The notes below the pieces were generated by a model that had not been told where the DNA came from, searched no databases, and saw nothing but the letters and a program-made list of their open reading frames with translations. A program made the translations under genes and the position numbers. A stretch of 64,000 nt of DNA from assembly GCA_965217585.1 (NCBI GenBank), contig OZ244561.1:3424001-3488000 (forward strand), written 5' to 3'. This stretch comes from Candidatus Latescibacterota bacterium. Lineage in GTDB: Bacteria; Latescibacterota; UBA2968; UBA8231. Shown here one piece after another: positions 46,851 through 57,213 of this stretch; the first letter of the stretch is position 1; every line of letters starts with the position of its first letter.

Positions 46851-47996
46851 TTAGAATAAGACGAGGTCGTCGCGGTGGATGACTTCGCGGGCGGGGCGGC
46901 CTAGCGCGTTTGCGACTTCGGGCGAGCTCATGCCTAATATGCGGCGCAGCTCAGAGGACGAGTAGCGGCACAAGCCCCGCCCCAGCTTCTCGCCGTGCTC
47001 GCCGATCACCTGCACCACGTCGCCAGCGGCAAACTCGCCCTCGCAGGAGACGACCCCCACCGGGAGCAGGCTCTTGTCCTGCTCGGCGATGGCGCGCTGG
47101 GCACCGCGGTCAACCACCGCGCTGCCACAGCACTGGCTGGCAAAGCCGATCCAACGATGTCGGCTGTTGAGCTTGCGGCCGGTTGGCAGAAAGAGCGTCC
47201 CCTGCTCGCGGCCGGCGAGGATGTGGCGCAATCGGTGTTTGCGCCCGTGCGCGATGACCGCCATTTCGCCGCAGGCCATCAAGAGCCGCGCGGCCTGTAG
47301 CTTAGTCGCCATGCCGCCACTGCCGCGCCCGTCGAGCGAGCGACCAATCATCCCCTCTAGATCGAGGCTGTCTTGGCTCACTTGGCTCACTAGCTTGCCT
47401 TCGGGGCCGCGCGGGCCGAAGGCGTGGTAAAGCCCCTCGACATCCGAGAAAATGACCAGCATATCCGCCCGGATCAGGTTCGTTACGTAAGCGGCGAGCA
47501 TGTCGTTTTCCCCGAGCTGGCGCCGGAGCTCGGCAATGGCGACGCTGTCGTTTTCGTTGATTAGGGGTACGGCCCCATAGGCGAAGAGGTTGCGGAAGGT
47601 GTTTTCGAGATTTACGTAGCGATGGCGGTCGCCGAGGATATCTTCGGCGGTTAAGAGCACTTGGCCGATGGGCACGCCTCGGCCGCGGAACTTGGCCTTG
47701 TAGATATCCATCAACAGAACTTGGCCGATGGCCGCGAGGGCTTGTAGTTGGGCGATGTTGTCTGGACGTTTGTCCAACCCCATCCGCCCCATGCCCGCAG
47801 CCACCGCTCCCGAGGTGACAATCGCCACCTCCAAGCCCTGTGAGCGCAATTCGACCACGTCTTCGACGAGCTGTGCGACGATCTCATCGTCGAGCTTGTG
47901 GCACCGAGTGGTCAGGGCGCTGCTGCCGATCTTGACTACCAGCCGCTGCACCTCGCTCATCAGTGCCTGCCGTGGTACTTCGCTTGCCTCGGTCAC
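46851..47996 (-). CDS. proB: Glutamate 5-kinase
   Basis: VVKIGSS, PLINEND, GGMATK, C-terminal PUA domain; GTG start overlapping the hisF stop. Confidence 0.95.
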   Translation of the reverse strand: MTEASEVPRQALMSEVQRLVVKIGSSALTTRCHKLDDEIVAQLVEDVVELRSQGLEVAIVTSGAVAAGMGRMGLDKRPDNIAQLQALAAIGQVLLMDIYKAKFRGRGVPIGQVLLTAEDILGDRHRYVNLENTFRNLFAYGAVPLINENDSVAIAELRRQLGENDMLAAYVTNLIRADMLVIFSDVEGLYHAFGPRGPEGKLVSQVSQDSLDLEGMIGRSLDGRGSGGMATKLQAARLLMACGEMAVIAHGRKHRLRHILAGREQGTLFLPTGRKLNSRHRWIGFASQCCGSAVVDRGAQRAIAEQDKSLLPVGVVSCEGEFAAGDVVQVIGEHGEKLGRGLCRYSSSELRRILGMSSPEVANALGRPAREVIHRDDLVLF

Positions 47997-48766
47997 TGGC
48001 GCACCATTACCCCGCGCTCGCGCAGAAAGCTCTTGACTTCGGGAATCGAGTAATGCTGGAAGTGGAAGATGGAAGCCGCCAGCGCGGCGCTGGCCTCGCC
48101 CGCGGTCAGCACCTCGTGGATGTGGTCGAGGTTGCCGGCGCCGCCCGAAGCGACGATGGGTACATCCACGCGGCGCGCCACCGCTTGGTTTAGCGCGAGG
48201 TCGTACCCGGCGCGCGTCCCGTCGGCGTCGATGCTGTTGAGCACCAACTCGCCCGCTCCGCGATCGACGAGGGCCTCCACCCACTCTAAGGCGTCGATGC
48301 CGGTGGCCTTGCGGCCGCCGTTGATGTACAACTCCCACGACGGCGGCTCGCCGGGCACGGCTGGACGCCTAAGCGCGTCGATGGCCGCGACGATGCACTG
48401 CGAGCCGAAGCTCTCCGCGCTTTGGTTGATGATTTCCGGCGAATACACATGGGCCGAGTTGATCGAGACCTTGTCGGCGCCGGTCTTGAGAATGTGGCGC
48501 ACGTCCGCGAAGGTGCGAATCCCGCCGCCGACCATCAGGGGAATGAAGACCCGCTCGGAGACTTGGCGCACGAGGTCCATGACAATGGCGCGGCCATCGG
48601 CTGAAGCCGTGATGTCGTAGAAGACGAGCTCGTCCGCGCCTTCGGCATCGTAGCGCGCGGCTAGCTCGACGGGGTCACCGGCGTCGCGGTCGGCCGAAAA
48701 GCGCACCCCGCGCACGTTGCGGCCATTTTTGACATCTAGACAGGGAATGATTCGCTTGGCGAGCAT
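47993..48766 (-). CDS. hisF: Imidazole glycerol phosphate synthase subunit HisF
   Basis: LAKRIIPCLDV, GADKVSINS, ALAASIFH. Confidence 0.97.
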   Translation of the reverse strand: MLAKRIIPCLDVKNGRNVRGVRFSADRDAGDPVELAARYDAEGADELVFYDITASADGRAIVMDLVRQVSERVFIPLMVGGGIRTFADVRHILKTGADKVSINSAHVYSPEIINQSAESFGSQCIVAAIDALRRPAVPGEPPSWELYINGGRKATGIDALEWVEALVDRGAGELVLNSIDADGTRAGYDLALNQAVARRVDVPIVASGGAGNLDHIHEVLTAGEASAALAASIFHFQHYSIPEVKSFLRERGVMVRQ

Positions 48767-48779
48767 ATCTCATATCTCT

Positions 48780-49382
48780 TCAGCGCAGGTGCGCGAAGTT
48801 GTCGAGGAGGCGCAAGCCGTGGGCTTGGCTCTTTTCTGGATGAAATTGCACGCCAAAGACGCGGCCGCTCCCAGCGACTGAGGTGTAGTCAATCCCGTAG
48901 TCAGTCGTGGCAACGCAATCGCCTGTGTTGTCGTTTACCACGTAGTAAGAATGCACAAAGTAGAAAAAACTCCCTTCGGGTACACCCTCTAAGAGCGAGA
49001 CCTTGCGCTTGATGGCGATTTGGTTCCAGCCGATGTGCGGCACTCGCTCTTTAGGGGGGAAGCGCACGCATTTCCCCGGCAGGATTCCGAGGCCGCGATG
49101 CCTGCCCATTTCCTCGCTTTCCCCGAACATGAGCTGTAGCCCCACGCAGATGCCTAAGAAGGGCTTGTCGGCTGCGAGGCCCTCGGCGATGGCTGCGTCC
49201 CAACCGGCAGCCTGCAAGTTGTGCATGGCATCGCCAAAGGCCGCGTCCCCAGGCAATACGAGATGCGTGGCCGCGCGTAGGCGTTCGGGGGCTTCGACGA
49301 TCTCGGCCGCATAGCCGAGGAATTCGAAGGCTTTCTGCACGCTGCGCAAATTGCCCATGCCGTAGTCGATGACCGCGATCAC
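48780..49382 (-). CDS. hisH: Imidazole glycerol phosphate synthase subunit HisH
   Basis: IDYGMGNLRSV, GICVGLQ, QFHPEKS. Confidence 0.97.
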   Translation of the reverse strand: MIAVIDYGMGNLRSVQKAFEFLGYAAEIVEAPERLRAATHLVLPGDAAFGDAMHNLQAAGWDAAIAEGLAADKPFLGICVGLQLMFGESEEMGRHRGLGILPGKCVRFPPKERVPHIGWNQIAIKRKVSLLEGVPEGSFFYFVHSYYVVNDNTGDCVATTDYGIDYTSVAGSGRVFGVQFHPEKSQAHGLRLLDNFAHLR

Positions 49383-50185
49383 GATTGCCCCAGTTCGGCG
49401 GAGCGCTCGGCTGCGGCCAGCACGGCGCTGATCAGGGCGTCGCGCAGCCCTTTTTCTTCTAGCTTGTGTAGCCCTGCGGCCGTAGTCCCGCCCGGCGAAG
49501 TAACTTGGTCCCTGAGCACGGCCGGATGCTCGCCGCTTTCGAGCACGAGGCGCGCGGCACCGAGCAGGGTTTGCGCGGCGAGTGTTAATGCGGTTTCGCG
49601 CGGCAAGCCGGCGCGCACGCCGCCGTCGGCGAGGGCCTCGACGACGGTGTAAGCCCAAGCCGGGCCGCTGCCGGAAAGCCCCGTAACGGCGTCCATGAGG
49701 CTTTCGGCGACCTCGACCGTCGTGCCGACCAAGTCGAAGAGAGACCGCACTTGCGCCACCTGCTCCGCGCTGGCAGCGCGACCGGCGCAGAGGGCGCAAG
49801 CCGCACCCCGCACCTTCACCAGCGTCTGTGGCATGACGCGCACTACGGGCATTTGCGCGGGCAGCAGCTCCTCAAGCCGGGCGGTCGATACGCCGGCCAT
49901 GAGTGAGACGACGACCTGCTGGGTACTGAAGTGCGCGGCTAGCGCCTTCAATACCGGAGCGGCCATTTGCGGCTTAAGCACCAAGACCACCAAGTCCTGA
50001 CCGTGGACGGCATCTGCGGCGTCGGTGCTGGTGTGTACGCCCAGCGCCGACAAGCCTTCGAGAGCCTCCGGCCTGATGTCGGCCGCGGTTATCTGACCCG
50101 AAGGGAACTGGCCAACCAAACCCTCAATCAGCGCCCGTCCCATGTTGCCGGTGCCCACAAACCCCAATTTGCTTTTTTCGATCAT
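49379..50185 (-). CDS. proC: Pyrroline-5-carboxylate reductase
   Basis: GTGNMG, GSGPAW, VTSPGGTT. Confidence 0.95.
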   Translation of the reverse strand: MIEKSKLGFVGTGNMGRALIEGLVGQFPSGQITAADIRPEALEGLSALGVHTSTDAADAVHGQDLVVLVLKPQMAAPVLKALAAHFSTQQVVVSLMAGVSTARLEELLPAQMPVVRVMPQTLVKVRGAACALCAGRAASAEQVAQVRSLFDLVGTTVEVAESLMDAVTGLSGSGPAWAYTVVEALADGGVRAGLPRETALTLAAQTLLGAARLVLESGEHPAVLRDQVTSPGGTTAAGLHKLEEKGLRDALISAVLAAAERSAELGQS

Positions 50186-50306
50186 CAATTTTTCAGATCC
50201 ACGAAATACGACAAATCCCAAATGCAAAATTAAAATGGCCGTTTTAGCAAATTATGTCAAACTCCCTAGTAGGGACGTTTCTCCTATGAAAAAGCTACAT
50301 TTTTGC

Positions 50307-50334
50307 TTGACTTATACTGCCCTCGTACTATATT
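50307..50334 (+). promoter_or_regulatory. Sigma70-type promoter (TTGACT-N16-TATATT) upstream of the H1/SWIB gene
   Basis: Near-consensus boxes in an AT-rich intergenic region. Confidence 0.55.
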
Positions 50335-50460
50335 GGAAGATAATATTGTAGCTTCACAAAGCGGGTAAAATCGGCCTTAAATCTAAGAGGCGGAAGAGGC
50401 CGAGAAACCGAATTCTCAAACCCCTCTCGCGGGTTTTACCCAGTCAAAGGAGAACTTTTC

Positions 50461-50970
50461 ATGGCGAAGAAGAAGCCTGCCGCCAAGAAGGCTACTGCCA
50501 AGAAGGCTACTGCCAAGAAGGCTACTGCCAAGAAGGCTACTGCCAAGAAGCCCGTTGCTAAGAAGGCTGCTGCCAAGAAGGCTACTGCCAAGAAGAAGCC
50601 CGCCGCCAAGAAGGCTGCTGCCAAGAAGCCCGCTGCCAAGAAGAAGCCCGCTGCCAAGAAGGCTGCTGCCGCGAAGAAGCCCACCGCCAAGAAGCCCACC
50701 GCCAAGAAGAAGGCGAAGCGCAAGCCCAATCCCGCCTTTATGAGGCCCTTGCAGCCCGACGCCGCCCTGGGGGCCATAGTCGGTAACAAGCCATTGCCGC
50801 GCACTCAGATCACCAAGAAAATCTGGGCGTACATCAAGAAGAACGGCCTGCAAGACGAGCAAAACAAGCGCATGATCAATGCCGACGACAAGCTCCAAGC
50901 CATCTTCGGTGGTGAAAAGCAAGTGAGCATGTTTGATCTGACCAAACGGGTTAGTGAGCATGTGGAATAG
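50461..50970 (+). CDS. Histone-H1-like Lys/Ala/Pro repeat region fused to a SWIB/MDM2 domain
   Basis: About 85 aa of AKKAT/KKPAAKK repeats, then [20 protein letters not shown]...INADDKL; AAGGAG RBS. Confidence 0.92.
   Translation: MAKKKPAAKKATAKKATAKKATAKKATAKKPVAKKAAAKKATAKKKPAAKKAAAKKPAAKKKPAAKKAAAAKKPTAKKPTAKKKAKRKPNPAFMRPLQPDAALGAIVGNKPLPRTQITKKIWAYIKKNGLQDEQNKRMINADDKLQAIFGGEKQVSMFDLTKRVSEHVE
50482..50550 (+). repeat. Perfect 15-bp tandem repeat GCCAAGAAGGCTACT, about 4.6 copies
   Basis: Direct inspection. Confidence 0.9.
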
Positions 50971-51007
50971 CTACTCTTGAGCAGGACGTTTTATAGTCTA
51001 GTGCATT

Positions 51008-51043
51008 GAGAGGGATTCCCGGTGGGGAGTCCCTCTCTTTGTT
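51008..51043 (+). terminator. Intrinsic terminator after the H1/SWIB gene
   Basis: GAGAGGGATTCCC...GGGAGTCCCTCTC followed by TTTGTT. Confidence 0.8.
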
Positions 51044-51054
51044 AAATTACTCTC

Positions 51055-52110
51055 GTGTCTATGACCCCTGAATTCGCGCTGATCTTAGCCGTCAGCATCG
51101 TCCTCGTCGTATCCTGTGTTTGTTCGCTCTTGGAAGCGGCGCTCTACTCGCTGCCGGCCAGTCAAATCGAAATGCTGGCTGGTCAAGGGCGCACTTCGGG
51201 CAAGATCCTCAAGAGCTTGCACGCTGATATCCAGCGCCCCATCTCGGCCATCCTCACGCTGAACACCTTGGCCAATACTGGCGGAGCCGCCATTGCCGGA
51301 GCCGCCTTTGTCGGAGTATTTCCGCAGACGCCAGAGACGTACTTTACCATCGCTATCTCGCTGGGAGTATTGATTTTTTCGGAGATTATCCCCAAGACGG
51401 CGGGGGTGGTGTACGCCCGGTCCCTGGCTCGGTTGATCGCCCATCCGATCCAATGGCTGGTGTGGCTGTTCGCACCCTTTATCTGGCTCAACAAATTCAT
51501 CGTTCGGCTCATCACAGCCGGGGTACCAGACGTGCCGGTGGTGGTGCCGGAAGAGATTGAGATTATCGCGCAGATGAGCCGCCGCTCTGGCACCATATCG
51601 TCCAACCAAGAGCGCGTCATCCAAAACATCCTCAAGCTCGACGAGTTGCGGGCGCGCGATATAATGACCCCGCGCACAGTAGTCCACTGCCTCGACCGCG
51701 ACTTGACCTTGGCCGAGGCCCGCGAACAGTCTGGTATCTGGTCTCACAGCCGGGTGCCACTCTATCAGGGAGAGCGGGAAAACATCGTTGGCTTAGTGCT
51801 GCGGCGCGATGCGTTCAGCGCCTTGGCCGATGGCCGCGACCAAGCCAAGCTCTTTGAGGTGGGCCGCTCCATCCATTCGGTGCCCGAGTCGGCGCGGGCT
51901 AGCCGCCTGCTCGAAGAATTCATCCAGCGGCGCGAGCACCTTTTTGCCGTCGTCGATGAATACGGTGGCTTCGCCGGCATCGTTACTTTGGAGGACGTGA
52001 TTGAAGAAATCGTCGGCCATGAAATCGTCGACGAATCCGATTCAGCCGTCGATATGCAGGAGCGCGCGCGACAGGAGCGCCAAGACCTGACCGACTCAGC
52101 ACCGGAATGA
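51055..52110 (+). CDS. CNNM/CorC (hemolysin-family, DUF21 plus CBS) protein
   Basis: CSLLEAAL, SEIIPK, DIMTPR, HSRVP, VVDEYGG. Confidence 0.92.
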   Translation: MSMTPEFALILAVSIVLVVSCVCSLLEAALYSLPASQIEMLAGQGRTSGKILKSLHADIQRPISAILTLNTLANTGGAAIAGAAFVGVFPQTPETYFTIAISLGVLIFSEIIPKTAGVVYARSLARLIAHPIQWLVWLFAPFIWLNKFIVRLITAGVPDVPVVVPEEIEIIAQMSRRSGTISSNQERVIQNILKLDELRARDIMTPRTVVHCLDRDLTLAEAREQSGIWSHSRVPLYQGERENIVGLVLRRDAFSALADGRDQAKLFEVGRSIHSVPESARASRLLEEFIQRREHLFAVVDEYGGFAGIVTLEDVIEEIVGHEIVDESDSAVDMQERARQERQDLTDSAPE

Positions 52111-52189
52111 GGCCGCCTGTTCACTGCATCTTTTTTTAGCTAAGTTTTTACTCGCTGTTAAACCCTCTCAAAAGGAGTATCTACGGACG

Positions 52190-53272
52190 ATGAAAGCGCT
52201 CGTTGCGCTCGCGGACGGCACCGTCTTTGAGGGCCGTGCCCTTGGCCACGGGGGTGAGTGCCTCGGCGAAATGGTCTTCAATACCAGCATGACCGGCTAT
52301 CAGGAAATTCTCACAGACCCCTCCTATGCCGGCCAGATCGTCACCATGACGTACCCACTCATAGGTAACTACGGGGTCACGCCCGAAGACGACGAGTCGG
52401 CGAAGCCCCAAGTCCGTGGCTTCCTGATGAAAGAGTGCTGCCGCCTACCGAGTAGCTGGCGTGCGCGCCAGAGCTTGCCCGCGTATCTAGAGGAGCACGG
52501 CGTTCTCGGCATCGAGGGCATCGACACCCGCGAGTTGACCCGCAGAGTGCGCATCAAAGGCGTGATGGACGCCGCCATTTCCACCACAGATCTCGACCCG
52601 GACAGCTTAGTCGAAAAGGCGTGTGCTTGGTCCGGGCTCACCGGCGTGGACATGGTCGCCGCCGTTAGCTGCTCTGCGCCCTATGTCGAAAGCCCTGAAG
52701 CCCCGCGCTTCCACGTCGTCGCGCTAGACTACGGAATCAAGCGCAATATCGTCCGCTGCTTGGTCGCCGCGGGATGCAAGGTGACGGTCGTGCCGGCCAA
52801 AACCACGGCCGACGAGGTTTTGGCCTTAGAGCCGGACGGCGTCTTTCTCTCCAACGGACCGGGCGACCCTCGGCCCCTCGACTACGCGATCGCGACCTGT
52901 AAGGACCTCATCGGCAAAAAGCCGATCTTCGGTATCTGCTTGGGCCACGAGATTCTCGGCTTGGCTTTTGGCGCGGAAATTTACCGCCTCAAGTTCGGGC
53001 ACCGTGGGGCCAATCAGCCGATCAAAGAACGCGATAGCGACCGAATCCTGATCACTTCTGAAAACCACGGCTGGGGTATTGCGGCCGACTCATTGCCGAG
53101 CTGTCTCGAAATCACTCGCCGCAACCTCAACGACAACTGCGTCGAGGGTCTGCATCACCGGGAGTTGCCCATTTTTTCTATCCAGTGCCACCCGGAGGCC
53201 TCGCCAGGCCCGCACGACAGCTTCCATCTGTTCAGCTACTTCGCCGAGCTGATGGAAGCGCACGCCTCCTAA
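52190..53272 (+). CDS. carA: Carbamoyl-phosphate synthase small subunit
   Basis: FNTSMTGYQEILTDPSY, LSNGPGDP, GICLGH, HPEASPGP. Confidence 0.97.
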   Translation: MKALVALADGTVFEGRALGHGGECLGEMVFNTSMTGYQEILTDPSYAGQIVTMTYPLIGNYGVTPEDDESAKPQVRGFLMKECCRLPSSWRARQSLPAYLEEHGVLGIEGIDTRELTRRVRIKGVMDAAISTTDLDPDSLVEKACAWSGLTGVDMVAAVSCSAPYVESPEAPRFHVVALDYGIKRNIVRCLVAAGCKVTVVPAKTTADEVLALEPDGVFLSNGPGDPRPLDYAIATCKDLIGKKPIFGICLGHEILGLAFGAEIYRLKFGHRGANQPIKERDSDRILITSENHGWGIAADSLPSCLEITRRNLNDNCVEGLHHRELPIFSIQCHPEASPGPHDSFHLFSYFAELMEAHAS

Positions 53273-53298
53273 GAAAGCACCCATCCAAAGGACTCCTC

Positions 53299-54345
53299 AT
53301 GCCCGTGGTCCAACACGACATCCTCAACGACCTCTGTTATCGCATTTTTGCCGCTACTGGTATCCCCGCAGATGACGCCCGCATTGTCGCCGACCACGTC
53401 GTCGAAAGCCACCTCCACGGCCACGATTCCCACGGCACTTGGCTAGTCCCCAGCTACGCCCGCGGTATGAAGAACGATTACATCCGCTGGGAAGAGACCC
53501 AAGTCGTGCGCGACACCCCCGTGCTCAGGGTCATCAACGGCAAGGGAGCCAACGGCATCGTCGCCGTCAATCGCGCCCTCGACATTGCCGTCGAAAAAGC
53601 CCAAAACTCCACCTTCGGTTTTGTCGGCCTCAACCACGTCAGCCATATCTGCCGCCTTGGCGACTATCCGCCGCGGATCGCCGAAAGGGGCATGATCGGT
53701 ATGGTTTGGCTCAATGGCGGTGGCCTCTTCCTCGCGCCCTTCGGCTCGGCCGACCGCCGCCTGCGTCCCGAGCCTATTGCCTTTTCCGCCCCGCGCCAAC
53801 ATGGTCCGCCTTTCATGCTCGATATGACCATGACCGTTGTGGCCGGTGGCAAAATCGTGCAGAAGAGCATTCGCCAGGACCCGATGCCCGAGGGTTGGGT
53901 TATAGACCAGGAAGGCCAGCCCGTCACCGACGCCCAGCGCTATTTAGACGACGCCGAGGGCACCGGCGTCTTGCCGTTGGGCGGCCTGCAGTTTGGACAC
54001 AAGGGCAGCGGACTGGCGATGATGGTGGAAATGTTGGTGGGACCGCTCTCGCATGCTGGCTGCACCAAAGAAGGCGGCAGCGGCGGTAACGGGATCATGG
54101 TCTTGGCGATCAATATCGAGGACTTTATCGACTTGGACTCGTACGAGCGCGAGGTCGAAGAGATGGCCAAGTGGGTGTGCTCGGCTCGCCCCTTGCCCGG
54201 GTTTGAGCAAGTCTATGCGCCTGGCGAGCTCGAACAGAAGACTAGGGCACGGCTGCTGGTCGAAGGCATCGATTTGCCCCAACCCACTTGGGATGAAATC
54301 GGCGAAGTGGCGGCGGAGTTGGGCGTGGAGGTGCCCGCGCTATGA
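53299..54345 (+). CDS. Ldh_2 family (malate/lactate/ureidoglycolate) oxidoreductase
   Basis: GHDSHG, GHKGSGL, VYAPGE. Confidence 0.9.
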   Translation: MPVVQHDILNDLCYRIFAATGIPADDARIVADHVVESHLHGHDSHGTWLVPSYARGMKNDYIRWEETQVVRDTPVLRVINGKGANGIVAVNRALDIAVEKAQNSTFGFVGLNHVSHICRLGDYPPRIAERGMIGMVWLNGGGLFLAPFGSADRRLRPEPIAFSAPRQHGPPFMLDMTMTVVAGGKIVQKSIRQDPMPEGWVIDQEGQPVTDAQRYLDDAEGTGVLPLGGLQFGHKGSGLAMMVEMLVGPLSHAGCTKEGGSGGNGIMVLAINIEDFIDLDSYEREVEEMAKWVCSARPLPGFEQVYAPGELEQKTRARLLVEGIDLPQPTWDEIGEVAAELGVEVPAL

Positions 54346-54362
54346 GCTTTAGAAGTTGAAAA

Positions 54363-55613
54363 TTAGAAAAGTTTGAAATTTTCCTCATCCATGCAGCGCG
54401 CTTGGTGCATGAGCACGGCGTTCATCAGCTCGATGGCCAGCCGCGACTCGAGGGTCGCGCCGGCGCGCACGCCCACGCAGGGATCGTGGCGGCCCTTGGC
54501 GAGTTGGAATTCGATTTCTTCGAGGTCCTTGCGCACGGAATCTTGGGGTTGGGCGATGGTGGCCGTGGGCTTGAAACTCAAGCGGCATACCAGCGGCATA
54601 CCCGTGGTCACGCCGCCGAGCAGGCCGCCGTGGCTATTGCTTTGGTACCCGCTCGTGCGGATGGGATCGTTGTGCTCGCTGCCACGGCGCGCAGACGCAG
54701 CGCGGCCCGTGCCTATTTCGCAGGCTTGGACCGCGTGCAGGCCGCCGAGGGTACCCATCAGGCGCAACTTCAGGCTCTGGTACAGCGGTTCGCCGATGAG
54801 GGGAGGCACGTTGACGGCCACTACTTCGAGTGCCGCGCCGATGGAGTCCTGTTCCTTGCGGGTCTGGGTAATCAGCTCGGCTGCTTGGTGAGCGAAATCC
54901 GCATCCACCGCGCGGAGCGGCCCGCGCTCCAGCTCGCCTTCGAGCGCGGCGCACGTTGCGGCAGACAGGGGCTGCCCATCGGCCTCGGCGACTAGCTCGG
55001 CGACTCGTGCCGCTAGGAAGATGCCTGTCTCCAGCGGTCCGACTTGGCAGATCGAAGAGAAAATGGCCGTGCCGAAGTGCTCGGCCAGATAGAGGCGGGC
55101 AATGGTGCCGCCGATGACATCGGAGATGGTCGAGCGATAGCTGGAACGCCCGCCGCCGCGTGCATCGACAAACCCCCGCGATTTGTAGTACTTGACTAGG
55201 TCCGTATGTCCGGGCCGGACGTGGCCCTGCGGCCCGGCGAACTGCTTGTAATCGCCCGAGCGCTTGGCGGCCGAGAGCACGGCTGCGGCGATCGGTTCAC
55301 CCGTAGTGAACCCAGCTTCATAGGTATTCACCGACGTCTCGTCCTCGCCTAGGTGCAAGTGCAACGCTGGGCCGGATAGGAGCTGGTCGTGATCTTCTGA
55401 GTAGAGGCCAGACAGCAGGGCGACTTGGTCGTCTTCCCGCCGGGGGGTCCCCAACTTGTTGCCGCCGGGGCGTCGTCGGTCGAGATAGTGCTGGATCTGG
55501 GCGCGCTCCACCCACAGACCGGGGGGACAGCCAAAGACCGTTGTGACAATCGCCGGTCCATGCGATTCTCCTGCTCCGGCAACGCCAAAAAGCGGACCGC
55601 CGAGTACTTCCAT
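54363..55613 (-). CDS. aroC: Chorismate synthase (divergent, with insertions)
   Basis: GESHG, RPGHTD, GGRSS, GRHDPC. Confidence 0.92.
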   Translation of the reverse strand: MEVLGGPLFGVAGAGESHGPAIVTTVFGCPPGLWVERAQIQHYLDRRRPGGNKLGTPRREDDQVALLSGLYSEDHDQLLSGPALHLHLGEDETSVNTYEAGFTTGEPIAAAVLSAAKRSGDYKQFAGPQGHVRPGHTDLVKYYKSRGFVDARGGGRSSYRSTISDVIGGTIARLYLAEHFGTAIFSSICQVGPLETGIFLAARVAELVAEADGQPLSAATCAALEGELERGPLRAVDADFAHQAAELITQTRKEQDSIGAALEVVAVNVPPLIGEPLYQSLKLRLMGTLGGLHAVQACEIGTGRAASARRGSEHNDPIRTSGYQSNSHGGLLGGVTTGMPLVCRLSFKPTATIAQPQDSVRKDLEEIEFQLAKGRHDPCVGVRAGATLESRLAIELMNAVLMHQARCMDEENFKLF

Positions 55614-55748
55614 GCCAAAAGCTCCTTTACCAAAGAGTGTAAAAATCTACGGCTTTGCCCCTTGGTCGGCAATCGGCGCGTTGCGGATTGTGGACTGGAC
55701 ATCAGAGGCGATTTTTTTACTATTTTTAATAAGGGAGGGAGGCGATCA

Positions 55749-57212
55749 ATGACAATCAAAGAGTTGGAGCACGGCGTTCCGAACAGCCGATACAAGAAGC
55801 TCGAAGCCGAGCTGTGCGCGGAACTGATCGCGGCTCAAGAGCGGTTGCAGCAAGCAAGCTTTCCAACTCTCATCGTCTTGGGTGGTTGCGCCGGCACTGG
55901 TACGAGCGAGACGAGCAACGTGTTCAGGTGGTGGATGGACTCGCACCGCATCGCGGCCTGTGCCTTTGAGCCGCCATCCGCAGAAGAGCGCGAGCGCCCG
56001 GAATACTGGCGCTATTGGCTCTCCCTGCCGCCGAAGGGAACAATCGGCATCTACTTGAACGGCTGGTACGACCGCCCGCTGCGCGACCTAGCTCATGGGC
56101 GTAGCGATGAGGCGGCCTTTGGCCGCGACGGCGACCGCATCGCTGCCTTTGAAAATGCGCTCGTTGTCGATGGTGCGCTGTTAATCAAGTTGTGGATTCA
56201 CTTGGACAAAGAGACGCGGCAGAAACGCATTGCGGACTCGGAGCGGAACCCGCTGACCCGCTGGCGGGTGAACGCGGATGCCAAAGAGGGCTTGAAGTAC
56301 TACGACGAATTCAAACGGGCCGCCGACCGCTTATTGCACAAGACCAATGTCAGCGGCGCTCCTTGGCAGGTCGTCGAAGGCAGCGACCCTCACTACATGT
56401 TGGTGGTGGGCCGCGCCGTGCGCGACGCCATCCGCCAGCGCTTGGCCCAAAAGAGCCGCCCCAAGATCGTTGGCTCGGACTGGCTGCCCGCGCCCAAGGT
56501 GCTGACCCAGTTGGACATGGAAAAGCGGGTGCCCAAGAAGGAATACCAAGCCCTGCTAGAGCGCTACCAAGGACGGCTCTATCGCTTAACTCAGCAGGCT
56601 CGCCGCAAAGGCGTCTCTACCGTCTTGGTTTTCGAAGGGGCCGATGCAGCGGGCAAGGGCGGAGTCATCCAGCGCCTGACTGCCGCCCTCGACGCCTGTA
56701 TCTATCAGATCATCCAAGTCGCTGCCCCCACGGATGAGGAGCACGCCCAACACTACCTCTGGCGCTTTTGGCGTCACCTGCCGCGCGCAGGTCGGGTGGC
56801 GATTTTCGACCGCAGTTGGTATGGCCGGGTGCTAGTCGAGCGCGTCGAGGGCTTTGCCGACGAAGCGGCTTGGAAGCGGGCGTACGGCGAAATCAACGAT
56901 TTTGAGGCGCAGCTAATAGACCACGGCATGGTGGTGGCCAAATACTGGCTTCACATAGACCAGGACGAGCAGCTCCGGCGCTTCAAATCGCGTCAAGCGA
57001 CTCCGCACAAGCGCTGGAAGATCACCGACGAAGACTGGCGCAACCGAGAGAAATGGGACGATTACGAGGCCGCTGTCGATGACATGGTAGCTCGCACCCA
57101 CATCCCCGCCGCTCCTTGGACCTTGGTGGAAGGCAACGACAAACGCTTCGCCCGCCTCAAGGTCATCGAGACGCTTTGCCAGCAGCTAGAGCAGGCGCTC
57201 GCTAGTGGTTAG
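55749..57212 (+). CDS. Two-domain polyphosphate kinase 2 (polyP:AMP phosphotransferase-like)
   Basis: EGADAAGKGG, FDRSWYGRVLVERV, WKITDEDWRNR; degenerate N-terminal PPK2 copy. Confidence 0.9.
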   Translation: MTIKELEHGVPNSRYKKLEAELCAELIAAQERLQQASFPTLIVLGGCAGTGTSETSNVFRWWMDSHRIAACAFEPPSAEERERPEYWRYWLSLPPKGTIGIYLNGWYDRPLRDLAHGRSDEAAFGRDGDRIAAFENALVVDGALLIKLWIHLDKETRQKRIADSERNPLTRWRVNADAKEGLKYYDEFKRAADRLLHKTNVSGAPWQVVEGSDPHYMLVVGRAVRDAIRQRLAQKSRPKIVGSDWLPAPKVLTQLDMEKRVPKKEYQALLERYQGRLYRLTQQARRKGVSTVLVFEGADAAGKGGVIQRLTAALDACIYQIIQVAAPTDEEHAQHYLWRFWRHLPRAGRVAIFDRSWYGRVLVERVEGFADEAAWKRAYGEINDFEAQLIDHGMVVAKYWLHIDQDEQLRRFKSRQATPHKRWKITDEDWRNREKWDDYEAAVDDMVARTHIPAAPWTLVEGNDKRFARLKVIETLCQQLEQALASG

Positions 57213-57213
57213 T

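Noticed and set aside
50416-50961. Antisense ORFs with LLGSS / FLAVA repeats
   Set aside because: Shadows of the AKK repeat gene on the opposite strand
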